From: Candidatus Daviesbacteria bacterium
GTDB lineage: Bacteria > Patescibacteriota > Microgenomatia > Daviesbacterales > UBA10151
Direction: 5' to 3'
Assembly (NCBI GenBank): GCA_016195715.1
Contig: JACPZA010000010.1
Location: 14,307 to 78,306 of the forward strand
Length of the DNA stretch: 64,000 nucleotides
Each line of letters opens with the position of its first letter. The first letter of the stretch is position 1. Made by a program: the position numbers and the translations under genes. This document shows positions 39,132 through 47,980 of the stretch, in pieces. Below the pieces are notes generated by a model. The model saw only the letters and a program-made list of their open reading frames with translations. It made no database searches and had not been told where the DNA came from.

Positions 39132-40580
39132 ATGAAAATTCTGCCCATACGAGTAATTTTAGATGAAGAGAAGGAAGAAGTTGGAATAAATTTAGTTAAT
39201 TTAGCTAAGCTAAAAAGACTGGGATTTCCAATTTCTGATGGAATTGTAGTTTTTCCTCCAGATTTATCCAATTTTTTCAAAAAATATCAAAGCTTTGACA
39301 AGGGTTATATTGAAAGAAATTATTCTGAGATTAAAAAAGAGCTATTTAAATTAACTGTTCCTGATTCCTTAATTTTTGAATTAAAAGATAAATTATCTGT
39401 TGCTGATTTAAAAAAAATTTGGCAAAAACTTTTGGAAAATTGGTTAAATCAAATTAAAATTTTTAATAATTTATCTATCCAGCCAATAATTTTTTCTTCT
39501 AAAATAATTGCATCTGGAACAATTTATGAAAGTGAAAAAGTTATTCATCAAAAGATTATTAAAGATTCAAATTTAGAGATTAAAAAAGGCGAGTTAAAGC
39601 CTAGACTTTTAAAGGAGTTAGATGAATTAGTTATTAAAATGGATAGAATTTTGGGGATCCCTCAAATTTATCACTTTATTGTTGAAGAAGTTGGAAGGGA
39701 AAATATTATTAAAATTGTTAGTCTAATCCCTTCAACTCCTGAGTTTAAAACTATCAAAGATGAAATTTTAAATAGTGAAATTAAATTAGAAACAAAAATG
39801 AATTTAACTATCAGTAAATCTTCAACTAAACTTTTCATAAAAGCCTCAAAAGAAATACTACCTTTAGATAAAAGTTTAGATGGGTTTTTAATGTGCTCAG
39901 AAGATTTTTTAGATTTTGAAGAAAAAGTAACCAAATTAATAGATCTGGCAAGTTTTAATAATATTTCTGTGATATTTAAATTATTTGATGATCCAACAAA
40001 TTTTAATGTTAATGGAACTTTGCGACTTTTAAATGGTGAAACTATCTTAAAAAAGGATGTAGAAGCATTTTTATTTGCTCGTAATAAAAAGCAGCTTCTA
40101 AATATTGATTTAGCAATTCCTCAAACTCGATCGGTTAAAGAATTTTTGGAGATTAAAAGGCAGGTCGCCAGTTTAGGGGTAACTAGAAAAAGGAGTTTAA
40201 AATTTTGGTTGGAGATGGCTATTCCAGAAAATTTACTTAATCTACCTGAGTATTTGGAGGCTGGATTAGATGGAGTAATTATAAACTTGGATTTATTACA
40301 AAGTTATTTAGGTGGGTTTAATATTTCTGAACCAGAGAGAGTAATTTATAACCAAAACTACAAAGCGATATTAAATTTTATTGAGGAGGCGCTAAAAACC
40401 TTGCAAAAAAATCACCTCCCTGTTTTAGCATTTGGTAATTTAACTTTTAAAGATGAAGTCCTAGATTTTTTAGTTAGTAAGGGAGTTTGGGGAGTAACTT
40501 TAAGCTTGGGTGAATCACATAACTTCTATGAGCACTTAGTGATGCTAGAAAAAAGAGTGTTAAATCAACTAATTACCTAA
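39132..40580 (+). CDS. degenerate PEP-utilising enzyme (PpsA/PPDK-like) protein
   Basis: NLAKL..GFPISDG N-terminus; C-terminal TIM-barrel-like WLEMAIPEN..GLDGVII. Confidence 0.7.
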   Translation: MKILPIRVILDEEKEEVGINLVNLAKLKRLGFPISDGIVVFPPDLSNFFKKYQSFDKGYIERNYSEIKKELFKLTVPDSLIFELKDKLSVADLKKIWQKLLENWLNQIKIFNNLSIQPIIFSSKIIASGTIYESEKVIHQKIIKDSNLEIKKGELKPRLLKELDELVIKMDRILGIPQIYHFIVEEVGRENIIKIVSLIPSTPEFKTIKDEILNSEIKLETKMNLTISKSSTKLFIKASKEILPLDKSLDGFLMCSEDFLDFEEKVTKLIDLASFNNISVIFKLFDDPTNFNVNGTLRLLNGETILKKDVEAFLFARNKKQLLNIDLAIPQTRSVKEFLEIKRQVASLGVTRKRSLKFWLEMAIPENLLNLPEYLEAGLDGVIINLDLLQSYLGGFNISEPERVIYNQNYKAILNFIEEALKTLQKNHLPVLAFGNLTFKDEVLDFLVSKGVWGVTLSLGESHNFYEHLVMLEKRVLNQLIT

Positions 40581-41246
40581 TCTAAAAAGCAAAACATACT
40601 CACCTTTGGGTTTTTGTTTCTCAAAATTTTTAAGTAGTGTTGAAATTTGTGTCTTGCTGACTGATTCATAAATTTTAGTTAACTCTTTAGCTAAAACAAC
40701 TTCAATATCTCCAAATTCATTCAGCATATCTTTGAGTGTTGTGACTAATTTATAAGGAGAAACAAAACTAATAAAAGTTAATTCAAGCAAATTATAAATT
40801 TCTTTTAAATTTTTAAGTAATTTCATTCTGGCTAGGGTTTTTTCTGGTAAAAACCCTAAAAATAAAAACTTATCTGGAGGCAAAGAAGAAACTGTTAAAG
40901 CTGTTATCAAAGAAGCAGGTCCAGGTATTGCCTCAACTTTAATTCCAAGCTCAATACATTTTCTAACTAATTTAAAGCCAGGGTCTGAAATTAAAGGAGT
41001 TCCAGCATCTGAGACTAAAGCTAAAGTTTGTCCTAATTGTAATTTATTTATTAAAAAATCAACCTGTTTAAATTCATTAAAGTCGTTTAAAGTTAGTAGT
41101 GGTTTTTTAATTTTGTAGTGATTTAAAAGTATTTGGGTGCGCCTTTGATCTTCGCAAATAATTTCATCAACTTGATTTAGTGTATCTAGCGCCCTTAAAG
41201 TAATATCTTTTAAATTGCCTATAGGAGTTGATACAATGTACAACAT
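40569..41246 (-). CDS. rsmI: 16S rRNA C1402 2'-O-methyltransferase
   Basis: LYIVSTPIGNLKDIT.RA, SDAGTPLISDPG, ELTKIYE. Confidence 0.96.
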   Translation of the reverse strand: MLYIVSTPIGNLKDITLRALDTLNQVDEIICEDQRRTQILLNHYKIKKPLLTLNDFNEFKQVDFLINKLQLGQTLALVSDAGTPLISDPGFKLVRKCIELGIKVEAIPGPASLITALTVSSLPPDKFLFLGFLPEKTLARMKLLKNLKEIYNLLELTFISFVSPYKLVTTLKDMLNEFGDIEVVLAKELTKIYESVSKTQISTLLKNFEKQKPKGEYVLLFRLGN

Positions 41247-41853
41247 GCTTGAGAGTATAGCTCAATGGATTATTCATGTCATCTCCACACTTGGATATCC
41301 AGGGATAGTTTTGACGATGGCAATTGAGTCAGCATTAATTCCCCTACCTTCAGAAATTATTATGCCTTTTTCTGGATTTTTAGTTTCAACTGGTCAGTTT
41401 AACATTCATTTAGCAGCTATTTCTGGAGCTGTTGGGAATTTGATAGGGTCTTTGATTGCTTATGCGATAGGTTTTTGGGGACAAGAAGCAGTGGTCAGAA
41501 AATTTATTAAAAATTATGGTAAATGGATTTTAGTTACGGAAAAAGAGTTAGATATGGCTGAAAAGTTAATGAATAAATATGAAGATAGCATTGTGTTAAT
41601 TTCTCGAATACTTCCAGGAGTTAGGACTATTATTTCACTTCCAGCTGGAATTGCTCATCTGCCAATTTTAAGATTTATAATTTTAACCTTTGTGGGTTCT
41701 TTGGTCTGGTCATACTTTTTAGCATATATTGGGTTTGCACTGGGTGAACACTGGAACACTTTGGGAGTTTATTTTCACTCAGCAGATGCAATTATTGGTT
41801 TGGGACTGGCTCTACTGGTAGGATTTTATATTTATCACAAAACTAAACACTAA
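41245..41853 (+). CDS. dedA: DedA family membrane protein
   Basis: IESALIPLPSEIIMPFSG, RILPGVRTIISLPAG; start chosen 7 nt after TACAAT. Confidence 0.93.
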   Translation: MLESIAQWIIHVISTLGYPGIVLTMAIESALIPLPSEIIMPFSGFLVSTGQFNIHLAAISGAVGNLIGSLIAYAIGFWGQEAVVRKFIKNYGKWILVTEKELDMAEKLMNKYEDSIVLISRILPGVRTIISLPAGIAHLPILRFIILTFVGSLVWSYFLAYIGFALGEHWNTLGVYFHSADAIIGLGLALLVGFYIYHKTKH

Positions 41854-42304
41854 GCTCCCAGTTGTCTAAATCTTTCCAATACACATCTCCAGCAATCCCA
41901 AACATTGAGGCACATTTTTTTAAAGAGTCAGAAGCAGCTGCTTTTAAATCATCAGCAACACTCACTGCTTCACCATTACTTCGACTCATTTTTATATCTG
42001 CTCCACCATATTGAGCTTTAACAATAGTTTGGCCTTTTAACCGGACAGCCAGTTCTCCTCTGACCCAAACTTGTCTTTTTCCCACTTGTTGATCATCAAT
42101 CCGAAAGTCCCAGTTCCAGCCAAAAACCTGATTTAAGATATTTATGACATATCCTACTTCAACATAACTTAGCTGAACCCCTCCAGGTCCAGGACGTTGT
42201 TTAATAAATTGAGTAGGAGTTTTTTGGTTAATAAATGCAAGTTGAGCATCGTTTAATGATTGAGGCAGATTGGGCGGTGAGCGACTTAAAGAATTTTCAG
42301 CCAT
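41843..42304 (-). CDS. Rad52/Rad22-family single-strand annealing protein
   Basis: R.GPGG..LSYV..LN.VFG..W..KAAASDSLKKCA..FGI. Confidence 0.82.
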   Translation of the reverse strand: MAENSLSRSPPNLPQSLNDAQLAFINQKTPTQFIKQRPGPGGVQLSYVEVGYVINILNQVFGWNWDFRIDDQQVGKRQVWVRGELAVRLKGQTIVKAQYGGADIKMSRSNGEAVSVADDLKAAASDSLKKCASMFGIAGDVYWKDLDNWELSV

Positions 42305-42310
42305 AGCTAA

Positions 42311-42448
42311 TTAATATTTTTTAGAAAACTTTAATAAACCATTACTATAAAAAGCCTGCATGCTAATTAAATTTCCTAAAATTATTGGGACTGAATTAAA
42401 GTCAGTTGGTTTTTTATTTTGATGCAGATTTCTTTTAGGTAATTTCAT
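42311..42448 (-). CDS. possible 45-aa small ORF upstream of the Rad52-like gene
   Basis: ATG..TAA frame ending 6 nt before the next ATG; no recognisable homology. Confidence 0.3.
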   Translation of the reverse strand: MKLPKRNLHQNKKPTDFNSVPIILGNLISMQAFYSNGLLKFSKKY

Positions 42449-42569
42449 AGGCAGTTTTAAGTTATTTTTATATTAGTGATATTTAGTGAAAATCAATGCA
42501 GAGGGTTGTAAGGAAAATGCAAGATTAGACCTCTTGACAAGCAATAACGTCTAGGAGTATATTCAAACT

Positions 42570-42665
42570 ATGAGTTCTTATTTTCACACAAGGCAAGTTT
42601 GCAATCTTATTAAAGTCCATTATGGAATGCTCATTATGAGCATTTCCAAGGAGGCAAGTTTTTAG
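42570..42665 (+). CDS. putative 31-aa leader peptide
   Basis: MSSYFHTRQVCNLIKVHYGMLIMSISKEASF, just after a TTGACA..TATATT promoter. Confidence 0.4.
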   Translation: MSSYFHTRQVCNLIKVHYGMLIMSISKEASF

Positions 42666-42694
42666 ATTTTTTCTAAAAACTTAAGTAGGATTAT

Positions 42695-42719
42695 AGCCTC
42701 CCAAAATGGGAGGCTTTTT
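42695..42719 (+). terminator. intrinsic terminator in a 5' leader (attenuator-like)
   Basis: agcctccca-aaa-tgggaggct followed by tttt. Confidence 0.8.
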
Positions 42720-42737
42720 ATTAGAAAGGAAAAATAT

Positions 42738-43355
42738 ATGGGTGAAAGGGGAAATTTTTTTCAAAGATATATGGAACAATTGCCTGGACCTACTACTATT
42801 TCAGCCCAAAACAGGCACTTCAGATCCTTAGATAGATGCTTAGGGTACATTGCTGGTACATTTAAGCCTTCAGAACAGATTCAAAGTGTGTTCGCTGAAG
42901 AGGAATTACAACGTTTAGCTTCATTTGGAGTTTATAATTTGCGGAATCGCGCCATCACTGATCGTGAATTATCTATTGCTGAAGGGACTAAAAACCTTAT
43001 AGAGGCTCGTAGGACAACCCCAAATCTTCACCAAACAGCAAAACCTTTGTCAGAGCAAAGTAGAACTAGACCAATTAGAATGAGTCACACAGAAACACAA
43101 CCAACCGACCCAGACGTAAAGTTTAGTTCACCTGAAGATCCCGTGCTATATCTTCAAAGATTGGCATCGATCGCGAGGGTGTATCCAATTTTACAAAATG
43201 GAGGAGTTGAAGTTGAGGGTTTGGATGGAGATCGATTAGTAACAGGTCTAGTAGGAGTGATGCATGATACTTATAAATTATTAGCCAGAAACGGTTATGG
43301 AGAAGAAGCAGATAAAGTGTTGGTTTTATTGGGGGTTCGTTTAAAGATTAGTTAA
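42738..43355 (+). CDS. hypothetical protein (orphan)
   Basis: 205-aa ORF with gaaagga upstream. Confidence 0.7.
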   Translation: MGERGNFFQRYMEQLPGPTTISAQNRHFRSLDRCLGYIAGTFKPSEQIQSVFAEEELQRLASFGVYNLRNRAITDRELSIAEGTKNLIEARRTTPNLHQTAKPLSEQSRTRPIRMSHTETQPTDPDVKFSSPEDPVLYLQRLASIARVYPILQNGGVEVEGLDGDRLVTGLVGVMHDTYKLLARNGYGEEADKVLVLLGVRLKIS

Positions 43356-43965
43356 ATCTTCTGATTACTCCGACACACTTTCCCTGGATTTGAACATCTG
43401 TAGCATAGATTGGCTCCATGGCAGCATTGGCAGGTTCAAGGCGGATTCTATTTGGCTCTCTAAAGTAACGCTTTAGGGTGGCTAGTCCATTTTCAAGCAG
43501 AGCAACAACTATATCTCCATCATAAGCAAAGTTTTGCTCCTCGATGATGACGAAATCTCCGTCTAAGATTCCGTCTTCTATCATCGAGTTGCCCTTAACT
43601 TGAAGTACAAATGATTTTTTCTTTCCAGAAACTAAACTTGTGGAGACTGTGACAGATGCATCAGGATCAGTAAAAGGCATAATTGGTTGACCCGCAGCAA
43701 TATAACCTAAAATAGGTAATTCCACAGTTTTTAGTGGAGTAGCGCTATTATAGTCAGTAATTTCAATCCCCCTGACAGAACCTTCAAATTTCCTAATCAC
43801 CCCTTTTTTAGCTAGAGCTTGCAAGTGCTCATGAACTGTAGCTAAAGAAGAAACTCCCATAGCTTCAGCAATTTCCCCAAGAGTAGGGGAGTAACCATAT
43901 TTTTCAATATAATCTTTTATAAAGCGAAAAATTTGTTTTTGTCTTTTATATAAAGTTACGGGCAT
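43348..43965 (-). CDS. lexA: SOS repressor LexA
   Basis: GYSPTLGEI wHTH, IAAG cleavage site, GNSM Ser and TLKR Lys dyad. Confidence 0.97.
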   Translation of the reverse strand: MPVTLYKRQKQIFRFIKDYIEKYGYSPTLGEIAEAMGVSSLATVHEHLQALAKKGVIRKFEGSVRGIEITDYNSATPLKTVELPILGYIAAGQPIMPFTDPDASVTVSTSLVSGKKKSFVLQVKGNSMIEDGILDGDFVIIEEQNFAYDGDIVVALLENGLATLKRYFREPNRIRLEPANAAMEPIYATDVQIQGKCVGVIRRFN

Positions 43966-43966
43966 A

Positions 43967-43993
43967 CCAAAACTTTACCAAACTTTACCCGAA
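43967..43993 (-). promoter_or_regulatory. putative LexA operator TTCGG-N6-TTTGG-N6-TTTGG overlapping the lexA promoter
   Basis: 11-bp periodic half-sites between TTGACA and the ATG. Confidence 0.75.
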
Positions 43994-44030
43994 GATGTCA
44001 ACCTAGACTTAATGTATCAAAAGCAGTCAA

Positions 44031-44651
44031 CTATTTAATGATGGAGTTTTCTTGATAAGTCCCTGAAACAGCAACCAGGGGATAGACTATACTATTTTTG
44101 CCCAAAATCACCCCAGGGTTTAATACAGAGTTTGCTCCTATTCGACAGTTATCTCCAATTATTGCTCCTAGCTTTTTAAGTTGAGTATCTATTTTTTGTC
44201 CATGGACATCAACTAAAATACTTTGCTGATCTAATCTTAAATTTGCTACCTGTGCTCCCCCAGCAAAATTTATGTTGCTGCCAATGACACTATCTCCGAT
44301 ATGATTAAAATGAGCAATTGTGGAGTTATTTAATATAATTGAATTTTTTATTTCACTGGCATGACCGATGTTAGAATTTTCTCCAACAATGACATTTTCC
44401 CTAATATAAGCGTTAAAACGGATTTGTACTCCTTTGCCAATATAAGCTGGGCCTAAAATTCTAGCTGTTGGATCAACTTTAGCTCCATCTTCAACAAAAA
44501 CATTACTGGCAAAATTGCCTTTTATTTTTTCGCTAGAAAAAAGCTCCTTTAAGTAATTTGGTAAAGCTTTAACTACTTCCCAGACGTTTTCTTTTTCAAA
44601 AAGAGGCTTTAGCAAATCATTTTTTATGATAAAAAAATCAGTTGGTTTCAT
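44031..44651 (-). CDS. glucosamine-1-phosphate N-acetyltransferase-like LbH protein (GlmU C-terminal half)
   Basis: hexapeptide repeats, EIKNSII..HFNHIGDS..ANLR..KLGAIIGD. Confidence 0.85.
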   Translation of the reverse strand: MKPTDFFIIKNDLLKPLFEKENVWEVVKALPNYLKELFSSEKIKGNFASNVFVEDGAKVDPTARILGPAYIGKGVQIRFNAYIRENVIVGENSNIGHASEIKNSIILNNSTIAHFNHIGDSVIGSNINFAGGAQVANLRLDQQSILVDVHGQKIDTQLKKLGAIIGDNCRIGANSVLNPGVILGKNSIVYPLVAVSGTYQENSIIK

Positions 44652-45388
44652 ATATCTGCTAACTCTTTTGCCTCCTCCAACTCCTCTTGAGTATTAATTC
44701 CGCGCCACATCAAATCTTTTATAAATACCATTTCCACTTTATCATGATTTGCCATAGCTTGTTCTACTAGGGTTACTAGGTAATATTCACTGGTAATTTG
44801 GCTTTTTTTAACTTTATCAATGTTTTCTCTTAAAAATTCTAAGTCAAATAAGTAAGCGGCTAAATTAACTTCTTTAACTTTTTTTTCTGCTTCACTTGCT
44901 TCTTTTTCTTCAACAATTTTAACTAAATTATTTTTAGTGTCTCTAATTATTCTACCAAGACCTTTTGGGTTATCCAAATGAGTGGTTAAAAAAGTAATTT
45001 TATTACTGCTTGTTAAATGATGGTTTATTAATTTTTCTAAGACTTCTTTGGAGAGCAAAAATGAATCATCTCCATTTAAAACTAAACAATTTTTAATGTG
45101 CTTTTTAGTTACCTCTAAAGCAACTTTAACAGCATGGGCTGTACCAAGTTGTTCAATTTGCTCAACAGTTTGGATATCTTTGTCAAGTAAATTTAAAACT
45201 GAATCTTTAGCGTGACCAACAACCACCAAAATATTTTTTAGATTAAGTTGTCTTAAGGTGTCAATAGTCCGCTGAATAAGTGGGGTTCCTTGAACTTCTA
45301 AAACTACTTTGTTTGAAGATCCAGAATTTAAACGACTACCTTTACCTGCTGCTAAAATAATTACTTCTAAATCTTTGGAATTTATCAT
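44648..45388 (-). CDS. GlmU-like nucleotidyltransferase (N-terminal half only)
   Basis: LAAGKGSR, EQLGTAHA, GRIIR, IVEEKEA, EYYL. Confidence 0.87.
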   Translation of the reverse strand: MINSKDLEVIILAAGKGSRLNSGSSNKVVLEVQGTPLIQRTIDTLRQLNLKNILVVVGHAKDSVLNLLDKDIQTVEQIEQLGTAHAVKVALEVTKKHIKNCLVLNGDDSFLLSKEVLEKLINHHLTSSNKITFLTTHLDNPKGLGRIIRDTKNNLVKIVEEKEASEAEKKVKEVNLAAYLFDLEFLRENIDKVKKSQITSEYYLVTLVEQAMANHDKVEMVFIKDLMWRGINTQEELEEAKELADI

Positions 45389-45414
45389 GAGTTAAGCAGA
45401 TTTTAACAGAGCAT

Positions 45415-45549
45415 TTAAAAGTGAGCAAATTTTAATCCCAGATGAGAAATTATAACCATTAAAAAAACTGACATCAAACAAGTAAAAAAAATTTTCCAGT
45501 TTCCTTTTACAAGCAGCTTATTGATGTAATTATTGGCGTTTTTGATCAT
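45415..45549 (-). CDS. 44-aa small membrane protein (not in ORF track)
   Basis: MIKNANNYINKLLVKGNWKIFFTCLMSVFLMVIISHLGLKFAHF; minus-strand TTGACA-18-TATAGT upstream. Confidence 0.45.
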   Translation of the reverse strand: MIKNANNYINKLLVKGNWKIFFTCLMSVFLMVIISHLGLKFAHF

Positions 45550-45670
45550 TTAAGAAATAAGTAAAGACTTTGTAAAAAATTTGTAAATAGAAAAAACACT
45601 ATACCAGCTAATTTTAATAACTGTCAAGCAAACACTTTGATAGTTTTTCTAGTTTCTATATAATGAATTT

Positions 45671-46399
45671 ATGCGTTATACTCATAGTTTTAAATTAATT
45701 CGTAAAAGAAGGCACGCTGCAAAAATCTCGATTATTATCACAGTAGTTTTAAGTTTATTGATTATTCTTTTAGGTTTTAAAGTTTTAGACGCTAAATTAT
45801 TTTTTTTCGGGTTTATTGAAAGTTTATTTAGAGTAGTGATAGCTTATGGAATCTCTTTAGTGATTGCCTGCCTACTTGCCATGTTAGTTGTTTCTACTAA
45901 AAAAGTTGAAGATATCACTTTACCAATTCTTGATGCTTTGCAAAGTTTTCCTTCGTTTGCTTTATATCCTTTATTTGTATTGTGGTTTGGCAAGGTTTCG
46001 CTAGTTACAATTATTATTTTAATAGTGGAAATGATTTGGCCAATTTTGTTTACTTTACTTTCATCTCATAAACAAATTCATCAAGATTTATTTGAGGCTG
46101 CTAAAGCATATGGTGCCAAAAATTGGAAATATTTAATATATGTTTTATTTCCATTACTTTTACCAGGGATTATTACCGGATCAATTGTGGCTTGGGGTGA
46201 AGCCTGGGAAGCTATAATAGCTGCTGAGATTATTGTGAATGTTCCAGGAGTAGGGTCATATTTAGCGAATGTGGGAAATAGCAATCATTCAGAACTTTTA
46301 ATTATTGGAATTGCTTTACTTTTAATGATTCTATTTATCATTAATAAATATTTATGGCTACCATTACTTAATTTCAGCACTGAATACCAGCAAGATTAA
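45671..46399 (+). CDS. NitT/TauT-family ABC transporter permease
   Basis: EAAKAYGA loop, LQSFP, AEII. Confidence 0.88.
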   Translation: MRYTHSFKLIRKRRHAAKISIIITVVLSLLIILLGFKVLDAKLFFFGFIESLFRVVIAYGISLVIACLLAMLVVSTKKVEDITLPILDALQSFPSFALYPLFVLWFGKVSLVTIIILIVEMIWPILFTLLSSHKQIHQDLFEAAKAYGAKNWKYLIYVLFPLLLPGIITGSIVAWGEAWEAIIAAEIIVNVPGVGSYLANVGNSNHSELLIIGIALLLMILFIINKYLWLPLLNFSTEYQQD

Positions 46400-47119
46400 A
46401 TGTTAAAAATAATTAACTTATCAAAAAGATTTGCAGTTGAAGATCAAGAGATTAGAGCTTTAGATGGATTAAATTTAGAGGTCGATAACGGCGAGTTTTG
46501 TACAATTATTGGTCCCTCAGGTTGTGGAAAATCTACATTACTTAGGATTATAGCTGGGTTGGAGACTAAAACCACAGGAGAGTTAATTTGGGACAATCCT
46601 CCAAAACTGGGATATGTTTTTCAAAATTATGCACTTTTTCCCTATTTAACTGTTTTTGAAAACATTGAGTTTGGTTTAAAAATGGAGGGAGTAGCTTTGC
46701 ATGATCGGACTAAAATAGTTTTAGAATTAATTGAAGAAGTTGGGTTAACTGGGTTTGAGGATAAGCATCCAAAAGAGTTATCTGGGGGGATGAAGCAACG
46801 GGTAGGGATTGCCAGGAGCTTAAGTATCGAACCAAATGTCTTACTTTTAGATGAGCCATTTTCTTCAGTGGATGAGTTTACAGCCGAAAGCTTGCGGGAT
46901 TTGCTTTTAAAGCTTTGGCATAAAAGAAAGATTACAATAATTATGGTGACTCATTTAATAAGAGAAGCGTTGGAGATGTCAGATCAAATAGTTGTTATGA
47001 CACCTCGCCCTGGAACTGTAGAGAAAATTTTAGAAAATGAGTTAAAAAGACCTCGAAACTTACGCTCCGACGACTTTTTCAAAATGGAAGATAAATTAAG
47101 AGAGTTAATTAAATTTTAA
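46400..47119 (+). CDS. NitT/TauT-family ABC transporter ATPase
   Basis: GPSGCGKST, LSGGMKQR, LLLDEPF, VTH. Confidence 0.93.
   Translation: MLKIINLSKRFAVEDQEIRALDGLNLEVDNGEFCTIIGPSGCGKSTLLRIIAGLETKTTGELIWDNPPKLGYVFQNYALFPYLTVFENIEFGLKMEGVALHDRTKIVLELIEEVGLTGFEDKHPKELSGGMKQRVGIARSLSIEPNVLLLDEPFSSVDEFTAESLRDLLLKLWHKRKITIIMVTHLIREALEMSDQIVVMTPRPGTVEKILENELKRPRNLRSDDFFKMEDKLRELIKF
47081..47119 (+). repeat. left copy of duplicated ATPase 3' end (KMEDKLRELIKF*)
   Basis: 29-bp perfect core shared with 47984..48012. Confidence 0.9.
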
Positions 47120-47121
47120 AA

Positions 47122-47775
47122 TTATTGCAAAGACTTGACCCCTAGTTCTTTTGAGAGTTTTCTATAAAATTCTTTTAGCAAATCAATCTCGAGTGGTTTT
47201 ATCATTCTCGGAAGAAAATCAAAATCCTCAATTTTCAAAAAATCAGCTGCTAATATAAAAGGGTCAATTTCTTTTTTAAATTTTACCTTGACTCCCTCGA
47301 TTAAATCCCAAACAGAAAAATCTCTTAATAAAAAGTAAAGGTCTACAAAATCTTTAACTTCAGATCTTTGGGTTACTACCAATAGTTTATTTACGGCGAT
47401 ATCCGTTAAACTATCTACCTCAACTCCATTGATTATATCTCTTTTTTCAATTCTCTTGTAAGGATAATAAGCAAAATCGACCTTAAGCTCACTATTTTTA
47501 TCAAATATCAGATTAAACATGTAGTTAACTTCAGCAAAGTTTGAACTAAACTTAAAATTGCACTTTTTACTCCACATTTCCATTAGAGTAAAAATAATTT
47601 TATTGTCAAACTTTCGTTCAGAGAAAAAATCTAGATCATCAGAGTAGCGATGTTTAAGATAAAAAGCACTTAAAGCCGTACCACCTGTTAAGTAAAATTC
47701 TTTTAAATACTCGCTCAAACTAAGCTGATTAAGAATTATTTGCTGATTTTGCGTTAGGATTGATATTTTCCCCAT
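47122..47775 (-). CDS. AbiEii/AbiGii-family nucleotidyltransferase toxin
   Basis: FYLTGGTAL..HRYSDDLDFF, NK..R...KDFVDLY. Confidence 0.9.
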   Translation of the reverse strand: MGKISILTQNQQIILNQLSLSEYLKEFYLTGGTALSAFYLKHRYSDDLDFFSERKFDNKIIFTLMEMWSKKCNFKFSSNFAEVNYMFNLIFDKNSELKVDFAYYPYKRIEKRDIINGVEVDSLTDIAVNKLLVVTQRSEVKDFVDLYFLLRDFSVWDLIEGVKVKFKKEIDPFILAADFLKIEDFDFLPRMIKPLEIDLLKEFYRKLSKELGVKSLQ

Positions 47776-47954
47776 ATCAGTAGCTCCAGAAGACGTTTTT
47801 GCAATTTGAATAAGTGTAGCTCATACCAATTTTTTTTAACTTCCTCTAAATTAATTTTATTTTTGCCTGGGCCATAATTTATACTTCGCTCCAGAAGTAG
47901 TAAACGTCCTCTTTTGCTTTTTAGTAAAACCTTTCTAGTATAATCCCAAAGCAT
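47754..47954 (-). CDS. small putative antitoxin partner (DUF6922-like)
   Basis: LWDY..ER.INYG pattern; overlaps the toxin start; TATAAT 6 nt upstream. Confidence 0.7.
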   Translation of the reverse strand: MLWDYTRKVLLKSKRGRLLLLERSINYGPGKNKINLEEVKKNWYELHLFKLQKRLLELLIWGKYQS

Positions 47955-47980
47955 GAAACTATTATACTAAACAAACTTAT

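Noticed and set aside
45864-45880. tgcctgcctacttgcc in the permease, reminiscent of a dispersed repeat
   Set aside because: No palindrome and fits a normal TM helix.
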